IMG/VR virus record: IMGVR_UViG_3300031857_000150
Strand: one strand, 5' to 3'
Length of the DNA stretch: 64,000 nucleotides
Source: an uncultured virus (IMG/VR IMGVR_UViG_3300031857_000150)
Taxonomy: Duplodnaviria; Heunggongvirae; Uroviricota; Caudoviricetes
The notes below the pieces were generated by a model. The model was not told the DNA's origin, made no database searches, and saw only the letters and a list, made by a program, of their open reading frames with translations. A program made the position numbers and the translations under genes. Positions 28,647-35,956 of the stretch are shown here, piece after piece; the stretch's first letter is position 1; each line of letters begins with the position of its first letter.

Positions 28647-28790
28647 ATGAACATCACAGAAAAAGAACTGCGCGACATGGCCGCCTATATTGCCGACTAT
28701 CTCGCCGAGGAAAACGTAGCAGAGGTTGATTCATGGCTTATCTGCCGCGCGATTGACGCTTACATCGGCGGCGCTGCCGAGCAGAACTAA
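28647..28790 (+). CDS. cassette gene 3, hypothetical
   Basis: Starts at a repeat copy; begins MNITEKEL. Confidence 0.6.
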   Translation: MNITEKELRDMAAYIADYLAEENVAEVDSWLICRAIDAYIGGAAEQN

Positions 28791-28804
28791 TAGGAGATCA
28801 GACG

Positions 28805-28978
28805 ATGAACTTATACAAATTCGAATGTACCGTATGGGTACAAGGAACCACCGCCGCAGACGCAGAGAAACATTTGCACGATGAGGTGGACTATCACTTC
28901 GGCCAAGACAACAACCTGATTGCGCTCCAATCTGGCAACGCGCAGCTAGTAGATCAGACGCTTACCGAGCGCACTTAA
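28805..28978 (+). CDS. cassette gene 4, hypothetical (57 aa)
   Basis: Not in the ORF track; MNLYKFECTVWVQG...LTERT*. Confidence 0.6.
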   Translation: MNLYKFECTVWVQGTTAADAEKHLHDEVDYHFGQDNNLIALQSGNAQLVDQTLTERT

Positions 28979-28992
28979 CAGGAGATCAGACG

Positions 28993-29331
28993 ATGAGAAC
29001 AGCAGACCTAACAGGAGCCGCCCTCGATTGGGCAGTTGCGAAGTGCGAAGGAACATTACATGACGATGGGACTGTGCCGGATTACTTTCAACCTTCCGTT
29101 GATTGGGAACAAGGCGGCGTGATTATTGAGTGTGAGCGAATTCAGATCACACCGCGCGGGGAAACCACGGATATGTGGGAAGCAATCATCTTTGACAACA
29201 TCTTCATGGATGACGGAAGCGACTGCTTTCAAACCGGCCCCACTTCACTCATTGCAGCGATGCGCTGCTATGTGGCAAGCAAACTCGGCAAAGAGATCGA
29301 ACTGCCAGAAGAACTAATGACCCACGCCTAA
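28993..29331 (+). CDS. cassette gene 5, DUF2591/NinX-like phage protein
   Basis: LTGAALDWAVA..EG...PS.DW.QGG.II...L.AAMRCYVASKLG. Confidence 0.7.
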   Translation: MRTADLTGAALDWAVAKCEGTLHDDGTVPDYFQPSVDWEQGGVIIECERIQITPRGETTDMWEAIIFDNIFMDDGSDCFQTGPTSLIAAMRCYVASKLGKEIELPEELMTHA

Positions 29332-29345
29332 TAGGAGATCAGACG

Positions 29346-29549
29346 GTGAACACTTACAACGTGACAATCAAAGCAGAGGTTTATAAAACCATAACAGTCG
29401 ATGCAGACAATGAAGATGCAGCCTACATCGCCGCGCATGAACTGTTTACGGTCGCACCCGATTTTGTGTGGCCTGAGAGTTACAACGAGGAAACAATTGG
29501 CATTGAACTGATAGAAGATCAGACGGTGCTATCCTGCGCCAATGACTAG
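29346..29549 (+). CDS. cassette gene 6, hypothetical
   Basis: GTG start at a repeat copy; Y.V.I......I.V.A..E..A pattern. Confidence 0.6.
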   Translation: MNTYNVTIKAEVYKTITVDADNEDAAYIAAHELFTVAPDFVWPESYNEETIGIELIEDQTVLSCAND

Positions 29550-29742
29550 CAAAAAGATGTTCACCCTGTACCTGATCGAGAATGACGAGGGTCAGGTCAG
29601 GGTGATAACCGACTACAGCGGAGAAGGCGACCGCTGCCTCGCGCTGGGTGTGGAAATCATGCAGTCGCTTGCCATGATCCAGCCCCATACAGGCGGCGGG
29701 CTATCCTTCGTTATGCCGAGCCAGACCGATGTTGAGCATTGA
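29542..29742 (+). CDS. hypothetical protein
   Basis: Last gene of the plus-strand array; overlaps the 3' end of the primase gene. Confidence 0.45.
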   Translation: MTSKKMFTLYLIENDEGQVRVITDYSGEGDRCLALGVEIMQSLAMIQPHTGGGLSFVMPSQTDVEH

Positions 29743-30558
29743 CTGGGTCAGGCTTTGGCTAAACCCGAACAATCCAACCCGACGATGATAGTCGTTAGCA
29801 TCCTCGCCGACACGATCAGACATCCAGATGGGCCAGCCTATTTCCTCTGCCGCCTTCTGCCCTGTGCCGGACTCGTCGTTATCTGCAATGACCAGCCCTT
29901 GCTCTAGCCCCTCTGCTACGCGCACCATGTTGCCAGCCGAGAAGCAAACATGAAGTGTGTACCTGCGCTTCAACTGCTTCATGGCCGCACGAACGGACAG
30001 CGCAGTCGCATACCCCTCGCACACAATGTTTACGCCCTTGTTATCGAAGGTAAAAGTCGCGCCGCTTGTGCGCTGACCATACAGAAACTTCTTCGTGCCA
30101 TCTTCCCAAATCTGCTGGACGCCGACCAGGCTCTTGCCAACTCTCATCGGTATGAGAAGGACAGGCTTGTTGTCGATCCGAAGAACGCTGCCCTGCTCAT
30201 CAGCAAACCCCTTGCTTGCAAGGTATTCGTGGGTGCTGTACCCGCTGTCGTTCAGCATACGCACCGCCTTGCCGACAGCCTCGGTCGCCAGCTTCTTACG
30301 CTGCTGATCTGCCTGCGCCTGACTGATGACGATGGATCGTATATCCAAGTTCAGACGGTCGATTGAGTCAGGCTTCCACAAACTGGTGACGGTAGATAGT
30401 GCATGGTTCTGCACGAACCCATGCGTACCCATGTATTTGCACGCGCCGTTGCGCTTGCGCGGGTGGTCCTGTGTTGGATACCGCTTCCACACGCCGATCT
30501 CTGGCAGCTCGTTAATGATGATGCCATGCGATCTGGCAAACTGAATGAAGTCCATCAA
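29701..30558 (-). CDS. TOPRIM-domain primase-like protein
   Basis: YL..KG, LLIPM, VCEGYATALS, IADND.SG.G and DAND motifs. Confidence 0.8.
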   Translation of the reverse strand: MMDFIQFARSHGIIINELPEIGVWKRYPTQDHPRKRNGACKYMGTHGFVQNHALSTVTSLWKPDSIDRLNLDIRSIVISQAQADQQRKKLATEAVGKAVRMLNDSGYSTHEYLASKGFADEQGSVLRIDNKPVLLIPMRVGKSLVGVQQIWEDGTKKFLYGQRTSGATFTFDNKGVNIVCEGYATALSVRAAMKQLKRRYTLHVCFSAGNMVRVAEGLEQGLVIADNDESGTGQKAAEEIGWPIWMSDRVGEDANDYHRRVGLFGFSQSLTQSMLNIGLARHNEG

Positions 30559-32042
30559 CCCCTCCCGATTGATTTCATAAACTGCTTTAGTTTCTTATCG
30601 ATGAACCGCTTGGTTTCTGCCGTGACCATCGCCGGTGCGTTGTCGATCAGACCTCTCGGCCAGACCCCAAACTTGTCGCGATATGTATGACTAGCCCGAC
30701 CTTTCGACCACCCCTGATAACGCATCAGCCAGACCATCTGGTTCCAGAAGTCCTGCTTACTTTCGCGCGGCATCCCGTTAGACAGCTCGACCATCTTGCC
30801 ATCCACCTCTGTCACCAGATTCTTGCGCTCACGAACGTGGCCGCAGTTGTAGCAGGTGTCACTACCAGACGGCCAGAGCGCAGCGCAGACGGGGCATTTG
30901 CTTTCTTTCTTCTGTCGTTCAGACGGCTCTTTCTTTGCCTTCTCTTTGCCATCTTCTAGCTTGCTGACACCATCCTCGAACAGCTCATCCCAATCCTGCC
31001 GGAACCGGAGATAGTTGCCGCTGTGATCCAACCAGACAGCAAACGGCTTGGCCTCTGGATTGTGTACGTTGGCACGCATCACCCTGCCCATCTGCTGCAC
31101 ATGGGAGGAGAACGACTTTGAGAATGGCCGAGCAGATACGCCGATCTGGACATACTCGTTGTCGAATCCTTTGGTCAAAATGTCACACGCTATCAAGCCG
31201 ATGATCTTACTGTCGGGCTTGGCAAAGTCTTCGATGACCTCGCGCTTCCAGTCCTCGTCATCTTTGTAGGACAGACTGACAAAGTTATAACCAAGCGCCT
31301 GAAACTTGGCTGCAAGATCAGCACCATGCGCGACACCTGCTGCGAACACCACCGTCTTGCGCGGCTCACCAAATATCTCGCGGGTTTTCTTTGCCCACTC
31401 GGTGACAACGTCGCCGGTAATCTTCATGCCGCGCTCGGTCGCATCAGCCTGGCTCCACTCGCCCGCAACTTTCTTTGCCCCTTCCATGTCAACTTCTTTG
31501 GCGATGAACACACGAAGCGGAACCAGACTACCCTGCTCGACTAGCTCTTTGGTCGTGATGGGTGATACGACATTCGAGTATGTGCCAGCTAGACCCTTCG
31601 TAAAGGGTGAGGCCGACAGCCCGACAACCTTGATGTGCGGGTTGTTCTTGATGAACTCGATAGTCTGCTTGCGCTGCGCGTGACACTCATCTACGACCAA
31701 CAGATCAAGGCCAGGAAACGAACCGCGCTTCTCCAGCGTTTGAGCAGAGCAGACTTGGATGTTTTCATAGGGCTTATACCGCCAGTGACCTGCTTGCAGT
31801 ACGCCGTGGTCCACGCTGTACTTGTCGAGGCGGCGGCTGGTCTGATCGCATAGAACGATCCGGTCTAGGATCATCGCGGCTTTGCTGCCCTTCTTCTTTG
31901 CCGCTTCCAACATGGCGATGGCAATCTCTGTCTTGCCACCGCCTGTGCCTAGATATAACAACTGACTTCTGTGTCCCCTTGCAAAACCTTCACGCAACTT
32001 CTGTATAGCTTGCTCTTGATAGTCCCGTAATTGCAGCGACAT
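30555..32042 (-). CDS. superfamily 2 (DExH) helicase with C-terminal Zn finger
   Basis: LRDYQ, TGGGKT, VDECH, LSASP, QQMGRVMR and CxxC-CxxC. Confidence 0.9.
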   Translation of the reverse strand: MSLQLRDYQEQAIQKLREGFARGHRSQLLYLGTGGGKTEIAIAMLEAAKKKGSKAAMILDRIVLCDQTSRRLDKYSVDHGVLQAGHWRYKPYENIQVCSAQTLEKRGSFPGLDLLVVDECHAQRKQTIEFIKNNPHIKVVGLSASPFTKGLAGTYSNVVSPITTKELVEQGSLVPLRVFIAKEVDMEGAKKVAGEWSQADATERGMKITGDVVTEWAKKTREIFGEPRKTVVFAAGVAHGADLAAKFQALGYNFVSLSYKDDEDWKREVIEDFAKPDSKIIGLIACDILTKGFDNEYVQIGVSARPFSKSFSSHVQQMGRVMRANVHNPEAKPFAVWLDHSGNYLRFRQDWDELFEDGVSKLEDGKEKAKKEPSERQKKESKCPVCAALWPSGSDTCYNCGHVRERKNLVTEVDGKMVELSNGMPRESKQDFWNQMVWLMRYQGWSKGRASHTYRDKFGVWPRGLIDNAPAMVTAETKRFIDKKLKQFMKSIGRG

Positions 32043-32087
32043 TGATTCCTCCTTCCGGCACACAAGCCCGCCGGTGTGGGCGTAGTT

Positions 32088-32894
32088 TTATCCTTCTAGT
32101 TTCTTGAGTTTCTTGAGAAGGGATGCGACCTGCTTTTTTAACTCACCGTTCTCACGCTGGTACATATCTCGACTGACGGTGATCTCTTTTAATTCTATCT
32201 CTAATGCACGAATCTGTGCGCGTAAATCTTTGATGATCGACTCTGCCTTCTCTCTTTTTATGGCATCAACACTCTCCGCTAACACCGCTGTAAGCTGATC
32301 TTGCAGGTCTTCGTTCTCAACCCGTAGATGATCCATCACAGCTCTCATTTCCTCGCGCTGGATTGCTTCCTCACTAAACTCTACCGTTAGAGGTTCTTCC
32401 TTCTGCTCTGGCTCCTTGCGCGTTACCACCTTGCCCATACGATTAAAGGTGGTCGTCGATTTCGCTTTGCCGAGTTCCTTACGCACCGCCGAAACAAACG
32501 TATGACTGAAACCACACTTCGCTGCTATGTCACGATCAGACCAGTCCTGCCATTCCAGATCAGACAACATGGCGGTAACGATCTTGCGCTTGGTCGCCGC
32601 CGATCTTTGTAAGCCGTGCGATTTGTTTGCGCCGAAAGAAAACAGAATCGCATCACGCAGCGTACCTTCATGCAGGTTGCACTTGAACCCAGGACTACCC
32701 GCCCGCTTGGCTGCGAAGTAACGGTGGAACCCGTCTGCTAGCCAGTAGCTAACGCCGTCATGAAACACTTCGAGCGGCGGAAACTCTGCGCCTGCAAGCA
32801 TGGCATCGGCATAGTCGGCAACCACGTTCTCATCAATCTTGTCGCGGCTCTGTGTGCCGCCGTTGATGATGATCTTTTCTAAACTGATGTTCAC
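32088..32894 (-). CDS. ParB/Srx-like N-terminal domain protein with HTH and coiled coil
   Basis: FPP..VF.DG..YWLADGFHR...WSDRDIA..CG.SH.FV..VR. Confidence 0.75.
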   Translation of the reverse strand: MNISLEKIIINGGTQSRDKIDENVVADYADAMLAGAEFPPLEVFHDGVSYWLADGFHRYFAAKRAGSPGFKCNLHEGTLRDAILFSFGANKSHGLQRSAATKRKIVTAMLSDLEWQDWSDRDIAAKCGFSHTFVSAVRKELGKAKSTTTFNRMGKVVTRKEPEQKEEPLTVEFSEEAIQREEMRAVMDHLRVENEDLQDQLTAVLAESVDAIKREKAESIIKDLRAQIRALEIELKEITVSRDMYQRENGELKKQVASLLKKLKKLEG

Positions 32895-33010
32895 TCTTCA
32901 TCTCCCCAAAAGAAAGCAACAAATGCAACCACTGCAATTATTAGCATCAAACCCATACCAATCAACGCGCCGCCGATCAGCGGTATGTACATCGCAAATT
33001 CGTAACTCAT
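32891..33010 (-). CDS. 39-aa single-TM protein
   Basis: Not in the ORF track. MSYEFAMYIPLIGGALIGMGLMLIIAVVAFVAFFWGDEE*, coupled to both neighbours. Confidence 0.55.
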   Translation of the reverse strand: MSYEFAMYIPLIGGALIGMGLMLIIAVVAFVAFFWGDEE

Positions 33011-34125
33011 ATCAACAGATACCGGTAGACAGGATTGGACACGCTGTAGTTATCGTCATCCTCGCGTGACCACTGTGCAGCGTTGACGATGTTTGCAGAC
33101 GGACAGCTAAAGTTATGCTTGGCTTCGACCATTGCCAAATAGTTGTGCATGATTGAAATAGAGGTTTGAATCACTTGCGGATGATGGTGATATCCGTTCT
33201 CCACTTGATTGGCTCGGTTGATGATTTGAAAGTCAAGCCCTTGCACAATGCTTGCCAGATGCGGATCGTCGGACAATAGCACACGCCTCCGGCATCGCCG
33301 CCTTAACCAATCCAGCTCTTTCCTGTAAACGTGCATAGGCGGCAGGATGGTTTCGGTCTTTAGCTTGTCACCGCCCCGAACAAAAATGGTCCCAACGTCA
33401 GACTCGGTCGGCGCTCCTGCGTAATCAGAGATGGCAAAGTACACCTCGTTGTACCAACCTTTCTTGCGCCGCATCATCTCTTGCGCCTGATTAAGATCAG
33501 CGTCGAAGAACCGCTGCCGCATGTGGTGAAACCGCATGATCGGCAGGCCGCCGTTACAGAATTCAAAAACGTCCTCGAAGATAGCCTCGAACGGCTCTTC
33601 ATATGTCCACCAGTTGCCGGACAGATCTACCTTCAGGTTGTACCCATCCTGCTCGGCGATGATGTGCGCGGCGATGATGTTCTCGATAACGGAGAAGAAG
33701 CCAGAGTTCGGTGGCTGGTAGCTGACGTATCCATGGATAGCGCCCGCGCCAGGTGCGACGATGTCGTCGGCAAACCCTTGCAGGGTGTACCAATCATCTT
33801 CTTCCACATGCCACAGCCGGTTAGCTCGCTCGAATCCCATGCAGCCAGCTATTTCCTGCGCGTACCAGAAATTCTTTGGCAGCTCTTCCGGCAGCATGTC
33901 GTCGATGTCATCCCAATCGACCGCGCCCCAGAAGGCGAACCGCGCTGCGATAGCACCGAGCCGAGGATGCCTGCCATGTTTCGCACCCATTTTGATTAAC
34001 GTTTCCGTGGGCATAGCTAGCCGTGTGCGGAATGCGTCATCAGTCATCTCGGCAATCAGCGCAAGGATGTCCTCGCGCAGATCTGCGGGGTCGTCGGGCG
34101 ACCGATAGCGGTTAAATTGAATCAC
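33007..34125 (-). CDS. putative fucosyltransferase-like (GT23/NodZ-like) glycosyltransferase
   Basis: GFFS..ENI...IFVRGGDK...LLSDD...SAN pattern; GTG start with GGAGG RBS. Confidence 0.5.
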   Translation of the reverse strand: MIQFNRYRSPDDPADLREDILALIAEMTDDAFRTRLAMPTETLIKMGAKHGRHPRLGAIAARFAFWGAVDWDDIDDMLPEELPKNFWYAQEIAGCMGFERANRLWHVEEDDWYTLQGFADDIVAPGAGAIHGYVSYQPPNSGFFSVIENIIAAHIIAEQDGYNLKVDLSGNWWTYEEPFEAIFEDVFEFCNGGLPIMRFHHMRQRFFDADLNQAQEMMRRKKGWYNEVYFAISDYAGAPTESDVGTIFVRGGDKLKTETILPPMHVYRKELDWLRRRCRRRVLLSDDPHLASIVQGLDFQIINRANQVENGYHHHPQVIQTSISIMHNYLAMVEAKHNFSCPSANIVNAAQWSREDDDNYSVSNPVYRYLLI

Positions 34126-34535
34126 TTTCTCCTCCCAATACGTATCTTTCCCTTCGTGACATGCCACTGGTTGTTTGCGTGGTGTCGTTCGAGGTCGTGG
34201 TGCAACAGTCCTTGCCGCACCCTGTCTATCCTAGACTGGCGCATCAGACTGTTCCGCTCCCTTCCGCCTGTTTGCTGACTATCCAAGTTAACCATCCAAT
34301 TAAGCGTTTCAATGTCTTTGTCGCGGTCGGTATCCCACAGCCTATCTGCCAGCGGCTTTAAGTAAATGCCCACAAAAGACTGTACGCGCATCTTGCTTGT
34401 GGGTGGCTGCCGCAACAAAGTCTTGTCAGGTATCTCTATGCCCAATCCCTTGAGCCACCACCATAGCTGCCCAACAGTTTTGTCCTGCCGAAACGCCTTG
34501 ATAAGCATCGCATCGTAGAGTCGCTGTTTATCCAT
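34122..34535 (-). CDS. hypothetical protein
   Basis: Translationally coupled ORF in the operon. Confidence 0.55.
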   Translation of the reverse strand: MDKQRLYDAMLIKAFRQDKTVGQLWWWLKGLGIEIPDKTLLRQPPTSKMRVQSFVGIYLKPLADRLWDTDRDKDIETLNWMVNLDSQQTGGRERNSLMRQSRIDRVRQGLLHHDLERHHANNQWHVTKGKIRIGRRK

Positions 34536-34776
34536 GGTTCATAATCCTGAATGCGATCTCTTCTGATGCGTACTCCCAGTCCTTACATTGATGACAGATC
34601 ATGGCCGCACGCTCACGCTCACGTTCCACGATCAACCCAGCAAACTGCAACAAGCAAGCAAGGTCGCCGTCCATCCCTTCGTCCGTGTGGAGAAACTGCT
34701 TGCCATCCCACTCATGCTTGACCCACGGCAGGATCCCCGCACTAACCGCCAACTCCAGCACCTCTTCTCTCTTCAT
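34528..34776 (-). CDS. small protein of the FA.L....ERE.(C/A)A..C family
   Basis: AGGAGG RBS; MKREEV...FAGLIVERERERAAMIC. Confidence 0.6.
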   Translation of the reverse strand: MKREEVLELAVSAGILPWVKHEWDGKQFLHTDEGMDGDLACLLQFAGLIVERERERAAMICHQCKDWEYASEEIAFRIMNHG

Positions 34777-34794
34777 AGGCCACCTCCTAGATGT

Positions 34795-34823
34795 AGAGTA
34801 ATACAGCACATGATTCTTGTCAA
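34795..34823 (-). promoter_or_regulatory. sigma70-like promoter for the replication block
   Basis: TTGACA-17 nt-TACTCT upstream of the RBS. Confidence 0.55.
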
Positions 34824-34865
34824 CACCCGTGTATTGCAAGTTCCGTGTTTAGGTTCCCCATGGGT

Positions 34866-35123
34866 GATAGCCCCCTCCTTGCGGAGCACACTCGGGGTAT
34901 CTGCCCTGCCCAGCTACTGATCTTGTCAGCAGCCTAGCTGTCCCAGAAGGCAACGATTATCTCGATGGAAGGTATGTCTCACCACTGGCCCTTCCCTCTT
35001 GTGCTATCCCTCGTTGAAGGTAGCGTGGCTCGCAGGCGGGTCAGACCTCGGCCAGTGTTCTCTCTCCAGCAGCCCATGCAGGCTCACTGCTATCGCGGGA
35101 GGTGCGCCCGGCTACCTGCCGGG
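34866..35123 (-). ncRNA. candidate highly structured non-coding RNA or structured origin
   Basis: At least six stems, a GCAA tetraloop, G-U pairs favouring the minus strand, and a possible pseudoknot. Confidence 0.45.
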
Positions 35124-35132
35124 ACAGGTAAC

Positions 35133-35399
35133 TTACTTCGTTGGCTCGTCAACAATCTTGCCGCGCTCAATACCTACGCGGTGCTTAATCTCAACGGCGT
35201 AATACGTAAAGTCCACGTAACCATGAGCTGCCTTGTCCGCAGCATATTCACGGCAGCGTTCTATGGCTGACTCAAGTGAGTCGTGAAGAAATTTAAAGTT
35301 GGCGCGAAGGCCAGATGGGGAACGCGCAAAGACGGCGTACTTTGGAGACGTTGCTTCGTGCAATTGCTGCACGGCCTGTCTGTTTGTCGGCTCTTCCAC
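35133..35399 (-). CDS. hypothetical protein
   Basis: AGGA RBS; lies between the structured elements. Confidence 0.5.
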   Translation of the reverse strand: MEEPTNRQAVQQLHEATSPKYAVFARSPSGLRANFKFLHDSLESAIERCREYAADKAAHGYVDFTYYAVEIKHRVGIERGKIVDEPTK

Positions 35400-35432
35400 G
35401 TTCCCGTCCTAATCAAGGGTTGCGGAGGCCAT

Positions 35433-35537
35433 AAAAAAACCCTTAAATTCTGGCTCTCCGTGTGTGCGCACGTTCCCTTTCGGGGCGAGAACCAAAACTT
35501 AAGGGCTTTGGATTTCTGTCACTGCGCACACAGTTAC
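35433..35537 (-). ncRNA. candidate C4/CI-like antisense-attenuator RNA
   Basis: 19-bp stem plus U7; loop carries a GAAA hairpin and 10 nt complementary to its own 5' leader. Confidence 0.5.
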
Positions 35538-35543
35538 ATGCGC

Positions 35544-35572
35544 ATGATAGGACAGGAACAGAATCTATGCAA
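35544..35572 (-). promoter_or_regulatory. sigma70-like promoter
   Basis: TTGCAT-17 nt-TATCAT. Confidence 0.6.
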
Positions 35573-35576
35573 GGGG

Positions 35577-35654
35577 GGTGACTACTCGCTGCACTGGCGC
35601 TTTCTCTCATCCGGTGGTGGTTCCGGGAACTCACCAGCATCCGCTTTCGTCACC
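35577..35654 (-). ncRNA. candidate small structured RNA with a bulged-G (AGUA/GAA) motif
   Basis: GGUGAC-GAA...AGUA-GUCACC; TATAAT lies just upstream. Confidence 0.4.
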
Positions 35655-35686
35655 GGCAATTATACAGGAACGATCTATTGTATGGG

Positions 35687-35719
35687 AAAAAAGACCCCGG
35701 CAAGGGGAAGAGCCGGGGC
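35687..35719 (-). terminator. Rho-independent terminator
   Basis: CCCCGGC-loop-GCCGGGG-TCTTTTTT on the minus strand. Confidence 0.65.
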
Positions 35720-35903
35720 TGGGAAAAAGCAGCGTCTCTCTCGCTGCTGGTCGCCAGGCATTCGGCAGAAGAGGAGGTTCACACGTGAAGGAGAGTGAAG
35801 TATCCGCCGAGCACCCGACCCAACGATACCCGATGCGCCCGCTCATGGCAACGTTTACATGAACAGATGGTTGCAACACATGGTTCTTGTTTTATTTCGA
35901 CTG

Positions 35904-35932
35904 TTGACGTATACTAGATCTAGTAGTACAGT
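35904..35932 (+). promoter_or_regulatory. sigma70-like promoter with a 14-bp palindromic operator in the spacer
   Basis: TTGACG-17 nt-TACAGT; TACTAGATCTAGTA at 35912-35925. Confidence 0.65.
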
Positions 35933-35956
35933 CGCCACTATATCTAGGGGAGCAAT

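Larger units (their letters stand above)
28147..29528 (+). repeat. start-associated direct repeat (T)AGGAGATCAGACG(ATG/GTG): 6 gene-start copies plus 2 internal copies
   Basis: Copies precede starts at 28161, 28466, 28647, 28805, 28993 and 29346; the core AGATCAGACG also occurs at 28951 and 29516. Confidence 0.9.

Noticed and set aside
28147..29528. Repeat array as a CRISPR or integron attC array
   Set aside because: Repeats are only ~14-20 nt and non-palindromic, the spacers are whole genes of roughly 140-340 nt, and there is no cas operon or integron integrase.
35283..35879. Track ORFs spanning the control region
   Set aside because: No RBS, atypical composition, and they cross promoters and terminators.
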